This document shows positions 54,255-64,000 of a DNA stretch of 64,000 nucleotides, piece by piece. The translations under genes and the position numbers were made by a program. Source of the DNA: Octopus sinensis. Lineage: Eukaryota. Position 1 is the first letter of the stretch; each line of letters opens with the position of its first letter. Under the pieces are notes generated by a model. That model was not told the DNA's origin. It worked only from the letters and a program-made list of their open reading frames with translations, and did not search any database. The stretch lies in assembly GCF_006345805.1 (NCBI RefSeq), contig NC_043001.1, positions 85,126,001-85,190,000 on the forward strand, read 5' to 3'.

Positions 54255-55201
54255 CACGTTTAACGTTGACTGTCGGAAATAATGGACTTGATACCAGAGT
54301 AGAGAGATTATTTTATCAATCTCATGCTGTTCCGTTTTCTACTTGTGGGTGCACATAGGCTTCAGGCACCGTGCAAGCTTTCTGAAGACCCTGTGCACCC
54401 GCTGGCGGAAATCAGAATAGTCGGAGACTGACTTATCACATATCAAATATGTATTCACACACATAGTGACGCATATATATCTTATTTTATTTTAGTGTTA
54501 TTTGTTTTAGTTTTTACTTTAATTAGTAAACAAATCTTACGGCCATATCATGTTTTAAAGCTTACGGCCACTAATAACTTCAAAGTCAATAAAACCAAAA
54601 TAACACTTTCTAGGTAATTACTAGTATTGTGCTAACCTGAGAAGGAATTATTTACGCACAAAAGCTGGAGTGGTTGAAATGCTAGGATTCTGAAACGAAT
54701 GTATTACAGATTTTGGCTTCAGTTCTGTAGGTTAAGTGTTCAACTGATCTATGTATCGATATTCTGTATTGTTCTTTCGGCTAGATACAATAAATACTTG
54801 CAGCAATGCTTTATACTGAATGCGTCGCATCAAACTATCGGTAAATATCTTTCTTTACATGATCGAGTGCCAATTTTTCTGACAAAATATGAACACAATT
54901 TGCAGGATTTCAATTGTTCAAATTAACTGACATAAACACGAATGTGCGCACATCTTCACACAATATTGATGTGTGCGTGTGTGTGTGTATAATGTTGATA
55001 GATATACACATAATCCGTTTTTGGTGCAGTGTATCTCGAAGCAAATAAATCATAAATAATAGCGTGTAAATATGGGGTTAAAATCCTTTTGGATATAAAA
55101 CATCGAAGGTTGTTTCGAGATAAACCGTTCCAAAGAAGAATTACTTCACATTCCTTCGAAGATGATAAATTTTTGTGACATCAAATACTTATACATATAA
55201 A

Positions 55202-55268
<67 letters not shown>

Positions 55269-55295
55269 TTGTATACACACATTTACCTTTTGCAG

Positions 55296-55391
55296 AGATG
55301 CCATGCAACATGATGCCAATGTTGGAATTGGACAACAGGACCCAAATTCCCCAGAGTATGGCTATGGCTAGATATTTGGCCAGAGAATTCG
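55296..55391 (+). CDS. S-crystallin coding exon 2
   Basis: Acceptor ccttttgcag; encodes (K)[31 protein letters not shown](G), including the GST PQS motif; donor gtgagt at 55392; phases 1-1 are consistent with the neighbouring exons. Confidence 0.97.
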
Positions 55392-55959
55392 GTGAGTAAT
55401 TTTGCTATTTTCTTATTCCTCAATATACTACTGTATTACCATGTTTGAAAATGTTGTATATACCATTATTCCAGCACACGTTTCCTTTATTATCCTGGAA
55501 CAACGTCAAATGAAGTATTATGAACACAAGACGCCGCCCAATCCAGGAATTGAACCTATAATATTATGATCGTCAGTCGAATGCCTTCGGCAATATAATA
55601 GTCAAATATATTATGAATTTAAATATCTATTGACATTATCGAATCAACCAATCTAAGCAAACTTAGTCAACTGAAACTAAAATGAACGATTAAATACTCA
55701 CAATTGACTTCATTGTAACAGTTCTCGGACGCTATGTATTGCTTCGGTTTTGACTGTATAAAGAATAAGGTGTTAGTTATAACCCCTTGACGAAATAAAA
55801 TAAGGAGGTAAAACTATGTTGTATAGCTTCCATACTAAAACTTTGGCGATTGTATTTAGTTCAAAATACGCTGTGATCAACAAACATCTGTTTACATACA
55901 TACCAGCTAAAATTCTCGTATTTTATTTTTCTTAATATTACACACAAAGCTGTGAGTTA

Positions 55960-56140
55960 GAAGAATATTTAGCACGTTCGACAAAACGGTTTGCGGCAGT
56001 TCTTCGGGATCTTTACGTCCTGAATCTAAATCTCTTTGAGGTCAATTTTGTGCTTCATCCCCTCGAGGTCGATGAAATAAAGTACCAGTGAAATACTGGA
56101 GTCGATGTAATTAACTGACCCCTTTCGCTCAAAATTGCTT
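55960..56140 (+). mobile_element. SINE family A, decayed, S-crystallin intron 2
   Basis: CATCCCCTCGAGGTCGATGAAATAAAGTACCAG core. Confidence 0.65.
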
Positions 56141-56514
56141 GTCATGACCTCAGTTACTGTTGTAGTCATAGTCACTTTACACAATGCAAAGATGGAAACC
56201 GGTCTTTTGAGTCCTAGAGCTAGAGAAAATGGCATATATTTACGCAGAATACAGAATGCCGAGTACGGAAAATGAATTAGAGTTAAGGTGGTATCTCCTT
56301 CATACTCTATATTTAGTGTTCCTTGTAAATAGATACATTAAAGCTACTTGTGTACATCTGTTTTTCTACTTTCATAACAGCTCGAAAGGATCGTACTCAT
56401 AGGTGTCTTTTAACGCCTTGGATGAGGGAGCTGAAATTTTGAAATTCACATCTCTCTAAGCATTACTCTGTATATATGTATATCACGCTTACTTCGCATT
56501 TTGCCAAATAATTA

Positions 56515-56527
56515 CATATATATATAT

Positions 56528-56569
<42 letters not shown>

Positions 56570-56716
56570 GTATATATGTATGTATATATATATGTATATA
56601 TATATATATATGTGTGTATATATATATATATGTGTGTATATATATATATGCATATATATATCTATATATATGTATATATATATGTGTATATATATGTATA
56701 TATATACGTATCTATG

Positions 56717-56747
<31 letters not shown>

Positions 56748-56774
56748 GTGTATATATATATGCATATATATATG

Positions 56775-56807
<33 letters not shown>

Positions 56808-56940
56808 GTATATATATATGTATATATATATACGTATATATGTATATATATATATATACGTATATATATATATATGTATATATATATGGATATTTATATG
56901 TGTGTGTGTGTGTGTATGAATGCACACACACACACACGCA
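56515..56940. repeat. Long compound (TA)n/(TG)n/(CA)n tract upstream of S-crystallin exon 3
   Basis: Direct. Confidence 0.95.
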
Positions 56941-56967
56941 CATATACATTCTCGTATTTCTTTCTAG

Positions 56968-57083
56968 GTTTTCATGGCAGAAGCAACATTGAGATGGCCA
57001 GAGTTGACTACATCTCAGAATGTTTCTATGACATCTTGGATGACTATTTAAGGATGTTCCAGGAGAAAGATGGCAAAATGATG
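56968..57083 (+). CDS. S-crystallin coding exon 3
   Basis: Acceptor tttctttctag; encodes (G)[38 protein letters not shown]; donor gtatga at 57084, phase 0. Confidence 0.96.
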
Positions 57084-57489
57084 GTATGATAACGCATTTG
57101 AATTCTAATTTTAAATTCATACCCCATGTTTCTCTTTTTCCCTATTTTTACTTCTAAAGTAACTTCTCGATCTATCTCTCGGAGAATAATATGGATAACA
57201 TTATGATAAATGGCACTGAATTAATGGTTGCAATGCAAACAATGTAAGATAAAGATTTGTTCTTCTATCAAAGGCCTAATCAAGATGACATTTCCCTATA
57301 ATAAAGAGAACTACAGAATCTTGAGATAATGTTTACGTGAAGCACTAACGAGTTACACAGTGGTATGTATTTAACAAACAGGGATTAAAAGAAATATAAC
57401 AAATCTTAGATTTTACGTACGGAAAGTCAGTTAAATTTTAAGCATGGTTTTCTCGATCTTTCTATATATCTATCAATATATATATGTGT

Positions 57490-57506
57490 ATAGATAGATA
57501 GATAGG

Positions 57507-57546
<40 letters not shown>

Positions 57547-57547
57547 C

Positions 57548-57639
<92 letters not shown>

Positions 57640-57640
57640 C
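57490..57640. repeat. (GATA)n microsatellite
   Basis: Direct. Confidence 0.95.
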
Positions 57641-57654
57641 ACTGCATACACCAC

Positions 57655-58560
57655 ACTATGTTTTACATCGCTGATGGGAAAGCGCTTCCAATTCTTTCTT
57701 GATGGTGCCATTCTTTGCCATCCTGACACAAATCATTTAACTAAATTATCTTCCTTTCCATTTTGCCTTTTCGGATCTCTTGGGTTCCACTCGGACACTG
57801 CGCTTTTCACCCAGATGTCTGCGAACCTTGGTCCAGCAGAGCTTTTAGTATTCTTTGATCACATCATTCACTCCAGTCCTTTCTCGCATTATCTCATTAT
57901 TAAAATATTGTGAAGATATTCCTTGTATGGACTTTATCACAGTGTTTTGCGTTGGAGCTAATCAATGTTCTTCCCTCTTTGATGTAGCCCAATGTTTCAT
58001 TTGCTTATAGCAGTACATGTAGGACGGCACTATTGAAGATTGTAACATGTATGATCTTGTCCAAATTTCCTTTGAGCATATCCGTCATTGATGTAATCGA
58101 TTTCCACCCTGCCACTATTATCTTAGAGATTTCACTATCCATGTCTCGGTGTATATTTATTGTGTGCCCTAAGTAGACATTACACTTTTCTCTTTTCGAT
58201 ATAATATCTTCGCACCTCTTTTCGGCCTGGTGATACGTTTCCTGTCCGTTTGTTGTTTGTTTTCATGCAGTTCCTTTGAAAGCCTACATCTGAACTATGG
58301 CTATCCAGCTCTGTAAGCATAGTCTGCAGCTGATCTGTGATTGCGACGATAAGTACAAGGTCATTTGCGTACCGAATGTATGTTAGAAACACGTCGTTGA
58401 TAAGCGCGTCATTTGACCCGGCAATGTTTCTGATGAACACTGAAACGATTATTGAGATGGAACCACTTTGTCTAACACCCTTCACAACTGGTGGCGATAG
58501 GAGGCCTATATCAATGATGCTTCCAGATTTCGGATCCCCATATACTTACTTGCATTGCGT
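57655..58560 (-). mobile_element. RTE-clade LINE fragment in S-crystallin intron 3
   Basis: KGVRQ, IRYANDLVL (FADD-like), LQTMLTEL..., W.PRD.KR motifs; multiple stops. Confidence 0.7.
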
Positions 58561-58694
58561 TACGACAGTCAGTTTGCATGCTTAAAGATAAGTTTATATC
58601 TTTAGAAATCATGTTGGTATGCATACATGTTTTTATATGTATGCATTTATATGTATAAGTATCTCTCCGTTTCTATCTCTGATTTCTCTTTCTT

Positions 58695-58744
<50 letters not shown>

Positions 58745-58935
58745 ATATATATATATATATGTGTGTGTGTTTGTGTGTGTGTGTGTGTGGTGTGTGTGTG
58801 TGTGTGTGTGCATAAAAATACAAAATGGAACAAGAACGCAAAATATCCAGATAGACGATACAAAAAACACAGACAGGTCATTCGAAGCCTTTAATCTTCA
58901 GTCAAGAAGCGGATCATTCTAGCAATTTCGGCTGA

Positions 58936-58997
<62 letters not shown>

Positions 58998-59000
<3 letters not shown>

Positions 59001-60146
59001 GGGTTGCACAAAATAATAGAAACACCTAGCATCATAATTTCGAAATATCTATAAAAACGTCAAAATCTTGTTTATTTTTATGTTTTTGATTTATTATTAA
59101 TGTTGCTTAATATGTTTTGCTAAAATTCATGTTTCCTTTTAGACATCATCAGAAAAAGGTAATTACAGTTCACTTAAATGACAGATCTATCGGACTTTCA
59201 AAGAGACCAAATTGTTGGTACTCGAATGGCAGGCGCTAGCGTAACGAAAACAGCTAATATTTTTGGTGAATCAAGAAGTACTGTCTTGAAAGTAATGACA
59301 GGCTTTGAGAAAGAGGGAAAAACCAACTAGTCGAAACAAAACTCCGGAAGAAAGCCAAAACTTTCAGATAGAGTCCATTGGACTCCTACGCGAATTGTTA
59401 GAAAGGATCACTAAAGTACAGCTCCCAAAATTACCGCAGAGTTTAATGACCACCTGGAGAATCCAGTTTCCACAAAAACTATTTGCCGGGAGCTGCACAA
59501 ATCCGGATTTCACGGGAGGACTGCAACCAGAAAATTACTACTTTCGAAAACAAACGCTGCAAAGCGTTTAGAGTGTAGTAATAGCCTACAGAATTGATCC
59601 TTAGAGCAGCGGATGAATGTTACTTTCTGTGATGAGTCATCCTTTACCTTATTTCCGATCACCGGCTATAGAGGGGGATCTGTGATTCTCTGGGGCGAGT
59701 GGGGGTCTAGATATCTTGGAAATCCGCCGGTCAAATGGTTTCCCTTCATGGCAGAATTAATAGTCATGTCTATTTAAGCAATTTATTAGATCAAATTCAT
59801 ACTATGGTTACGGAACTGTTTCCGGAGGGAAACGTAATCCTTCGGGGTAATAACGCACCAATTCACATAGCTAAAGACGTTACTGAATGGCACGAGGAAC
59901 ATTCTAGTGAAGTTGAACATCATAGCTGGCCACCACAAATCTCAATGTTATTGAACATTTATGGTGGATGTTAGCAAAACAAGTAAAGAATCGATATCCT
60001 ACACCATCATCACTACAAGAACTGGAGACAGTTTTAGGTGAAGAATGGATAAAAATACCCTTGGAAAGAATTCAAACTTTGTGCGAGTCCATAACACGTA
60101 GAATTCACGCTGTAATTACTGCCAAAAGTGGTTCTACTCCATAGTA
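58998..60146 (+). mobile_element. Decayed Tc1-like transposon in S-crystallin intron 3
   Basis: TA then CAGGGGTTGCACAAAATAAT left TIR; ATG at 59178 (MTDLSDFQRDQIVG..), CDESSF, NNAPIH, WPPQ..LN.IEHLW; stops, internal deletion, no right TIR. Confidence 0.88.
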
Positions 60147-60212
<66 letters not shown>

Positions 60213-60393
60213 GTGTACGGTTGTCTCTTAAATAGTTAGAAGCGGGGATTTAAGATTTGATAATATGGAACAATTTTGCACCTCACTCTTTTCTCAGAAC
60301 AATGGAAGTTGTATTTGATGGTTTGAAGTTCTGGAGTTCTTCTGAAGTTCTTTTAAATTTACTAGCCGCCAGTAACTGATAATTTTGCTGTAG

Positions 60394-60426
60394 TCAGATC
60401 ATAGCCGAAATCTATCCTTTGCACCG
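60394..60426 (+). CDS. S-crystallin exon 4: 33-nt loop micro-exon (SDHSRNLSFAP)
   Basis: Branch-like ctgat plus acceptor aattttgctgtag, then 33 nt open in phase 0-0, then donor gtatga. It lies between ...KMM and SERRMR..., where octopus S-crystallins carry an insert such as FQRSRDMSSS (SRNLS resembles SRDMS). No transcript evidence available. Confidence 0.75.
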
Positions 60427-61010
60427 GTATGAAGTACTTGGTATTCTATATATGATGTTTCAGTCAGCACCTTCATCGCAAGGATAAAATAGACGGTTGT
60501 GAAATTACCACCAGTAATGTTTCCATATTAAAACCGCTGCTAATATAATAATAATCATCGTGTGTTTATTGATGGTGCTTGAAAAGTATTGTCTTTGAAG
60601 AGACTCATCGTGTGATTGTTGGTATATAAAATCGTAGCTGTTGGCTAGGACCAAACGTAAACCAATCAGATTTCTCAGATGTATGTATTTATTTCTCCTA
60701 TAGGTTTTGTTACAGTAGCTATATGATTCAAGAAGCAAGATTTTCGATAGAAGCTATATCTTTTGCTTTACAAATGTATTAATGCAAACATAGATTCGAT
60801 TTAATTTTGTCAGGAGTTGGAACATTCTTTCCTTCAGTAGTGGAATATGAGATTGCTGTAAACTGTTGTTTACTTTTAAAAGTGTACTTTTTCAACATCT
60901 GAAATAATCTTTAGAGACGCTAAATAATTACCGAATTGACATTCAGTCTTCGAACTTGATTCAAACATACATTATGTGCATGTATGTATATATATATATA
61001 TAATATATAT

Positions 61011-61041
<31 letters not shown>

Positions 61042-61229
61042 TATTTGTGTGTACGGTTGTCTCTTAAATAGTTAGAAGCGGGGATTTAAGATTTGATAAT
61101 ATGGAACAATTTTGCACCTCACTCTTTTCTCAGAACAATGGAAGTTGTATTTGATGGTTTGAAGTTCTGAAGCTCTTCTGAAGTTCTTTTAAATTTACTA
61201 GCCGCCAGTAACTGATAATTTTGCTGTAG

Positions 61230-61263
61230 TCAGATCATAGCCGAAATCTTATCCTTTGCACCG
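61230..61263 (+). pseudogene. Duplicate of the exon-4 micro-exon with a 1-nt insertion (34 nt, frameshifting)
   Basis: Same splice sites as 60394-60426, but aatcTTatcc instead of aatcTatcc. Confidence 0.65.
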
Positions 61264-61840
61264 GTATGAAGTACTTGGTATTCTATATATGATGTTTCAG
61301 TCAGCACCTTCATCGCAAGGATAAAATAGACGGTTGTGAAATTACCACCAGTAATGTTTCCATATTAAAACCGCTGCTAATATAATAATAATCATCGTGT
61401 GTTTATTGATGGTGCTTGAAAAGTATTGTCTTTGAAGAGACTCATCGTGTGATTGTTGGTATATAAAATCGTAGCTGTTGGCTAGGACCAAACGTAAACC
61501 AATCAGATTTCTCAGATGTATGTATTTATTTCTCCTATAGGTTTTGTTACAGTAGCTATATGATTCAAGAAGCAAGATTTTCGATAGAAGCTATATCTTT
61601 TGCTTTACAAATGTATTAATGCAAACATAGATTCGATTTAATTTTGTCAGGAGTTGGAACATTCTTTCCTTCAGTAGTGGAATATGAGATTGCTGTAAAC
61701 TGTTGTTTACTTTTAAAAGTGTACTTTTTCAACATCTGAAATAATCTTTAGAGACGCTAAATAATTACCGAATTGACATTCAGTCTTCGAACTTGATTCA
61801 AACATACATTATGTGCATGTATGTATATATATATATATCT

Positions 61841-61876
<36 letters not shown>

Positions 61877-62004
61877 CAAGTGGGCATGTACGTGAACACA
61901 TACGTACAAACTCACCCCAACTCACACATTCCCATATATAATTTAAACCAATTATAATCCTATTTAAATATATGCATTTTATACGAACCATAATTGAATA
62001 TTTA

Positions 62005-62047
<43 letters not shown>

Positions 62048-62157
62048 ATAATATATATATCACACATACAATTATGTATATATTTATATATAAATGTGTG
62101 TGGTGAAATATACACGTGCGCACACGAAAATACATTTACACATATACGCACACGTAA

Positions 62158-62247
<90 letters not shown>

Positions 62248-63805
62248 CCGCGTATGTATTAACACTCACACACATTTCTGCATGGAAGAGTGTGTAGCTA
62301 ACTTTATATAATTATTGTTATGTATATCTACGAATATATATGTAAATTTAAGTTTAAATCTATGAATACACACGCTTGCAAACACACTCTCACATGCACC
62401 CACATGCATACCTATTTGTGCATATGCGCCTCAGCATATATATATAAATTTAATATGCTTATTTTACCATTTATCGCTGTTAAACCAAATAAAAAATTTT
62501 TTCCGTATATTATAGTTCCAGCGTTCAAGTGATTCTAACATCTCAGTAAGTATTATATATTTTCCTCTTAAAATATTTTCAGTATATCCTTATAGTTAAA
62601 TTAGATTGTTGATGTTTATTAGTATTTGCTCATATTTATGTTCTGCTACGTTAATATAAAAATAGAATTTCCTAGTAAATTCCAAGTAATTCACAATGTG
62701 TAAATATATGTGTGCGTTTAACTAGCTTTGAGAATATACGAATTTTCATTTATGCAATAATTTATCTACAGCAGTTTACCCATTGGGTACTCACTTTCTT
62801 TCAAATTTGAGAATGAAAATAAAACCCTTAGGGGTATTTATTACCGAACTTTCAGAATTTGAAATTGAATTTTACAATTCATTTACACACTATTATTGTA
62901 AAAATCCATCTTTTACAAATATCATTAAAAGTTTTTAGTAATTTCTTAAACTTCTTTTGGTGCATTGGTATGGCATAATGGAATTTCTGTTTCAAAACTT
63001 TATATTCATATTTCAAATTCCGTTGCAGCCATCTTTGCTTCTCATCCTACCAACAATGCACCACTCGTGTACCCACTAATCTAGTTATATAAAAACAATT
63101 GCTGGTCTTGTACCTAAGCAACAAACGTTTTCGTTTTTTAAATTTGTTTTCATTCTCAGAAAGTGTCATCAAACAAATTTCGCTAGGATTTGTTCCTTTT
63201 ATACACTAGAGAACAATTTATGCAAGGGAGATCATTTCTTCATAATTTTTTGCAGCATTACAAGTATAAATTTGAGATTGAAAGAAAAGATACGTAGAAT
63301 ACACAGACTTATGTCAATTTTCTAATCATATATGCTATTATTTAAGTCTACTATGAAATAATCAGCTCGATATAACCCGTGATATATCATTTATACATTT
63401 CTTAATGGTGGAAAATAATAAGTCTGGATAAAAATCATTGAATATGTATCTCGTGCAAAGTTACATATATAAGCACTGAATATAGTTCGCTGTATACAAA
63501 TGGCTTTGATTTACACAAAGTGTTAGAAATTTGAGGAAAATTATCGATATTATTGTACTAGATTTGTAGTTTACTTTATCGAATCCCTCAAAAAAAATGA
63601 GAGTGGGGCACAATTTTGCACTCAGAACTTAAAACCGCAGCGGGTTTTGTAAATCACGTTTTCTGATACATTAACGTTCGTGCCAGTTTCCCATCTTCAA
63701 TAATAATTACACCAACAAGAGGAAGAGGATATTTACAAATCTGTTAATCTATATTGTTATAAAGGATATTAATTTTCATATTTGATATATTTCTTTGATC
63801 TGTAG

Positions 63806-63913
63806 TCAGAAAGACGTATGAGATATGAAGAAACATTGCGCAGAATTCTGCCATTCATGGAGAGAACCCTTGAAATGTATAACAATGGCAACCAATATTT
63901 CATGGGAGACCAG
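63806..63913 (+). CDS. S-crystallin coding exon 5
   Basis: Acceptor ttctttgatctgtag; encodes [36 protein letters not shown]; donor gtttga at 63914, phase 0. The final exon is not in the window. Confidence 0.95.
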
Positions 63914-64000
63914 GTTTGACGAAATATTTCTTTATATTTTCAATCTATGGGTTGATGAAAAAGGGCTTTATATTTATGGAAGAACTTAACACTTTCTGAT

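Larger units (their letters stand above)
60206..61830. repeat. Tandem duplication (~790-bp unit, period 836-837) bounded by (TA)n tracts
   Basis: Copies ~60206-60990 and ~61041-61830 are identical except for about 4 changes in the first ~220 bp; the ORF track shows the same 77-aa ORF twice. Confidence 0.95.

Noticed and set aside
62950-63085. Imperfect hairpin followed by CTAGT (Helitron-like 3' end)
   Set aside because: No 5' TC end or second copy in the window.
57084-63805. Alternative candidates for the S-crystallin insert exon (e.g. near 62770, 63255, 63686)
   Set aside because: Wrong phase, in-frame stop or weak donor, and no similarity to known loop peptides, unlike 60394-60426.

Overview
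AT-rich, microsatellite- and transposon-dense eukaryotic DNA, most likely from an octopus (inferred from the S-crystallin gene and the recurrent tRNA-derived SINEs). The only host gene I recognise is a + strand S-crystallin (sigma-class GST-derived lens protein). Its coding exons 1-5 lie at 53564-63913 and the last exon is beyond the window. It includes a 33-nt phase-0 loop micro-exon that the ORF track misses, and this micro-exon sits inside an ~0.84-kb tandem duplication whose second copy is frameshifted by 1 nt. The upstream ~53 kb appears intergenic. It holds a near-intact Penelope-like element (RT + GIY-YIG, Naiad-like) with inverted hammerhead-ribozyme termini, a ~510-bp palindrome carrying two opposed hammerheads with a non-canonical CCGAUGA core, and several other minimal or decayed hammerheads. 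It also holds a CR1-type LINE, an R4/Dong-type LINE, Tc1/mariner relics (one with an apparent GC-AG intron), RTE fragments, many SINEs, and a 3-kb two-unit satellite bracketed by the two ends of one SINE. No searches or folding programs were run. Family names come from motif recognition, and coordinates of decayed repeats are approximate.
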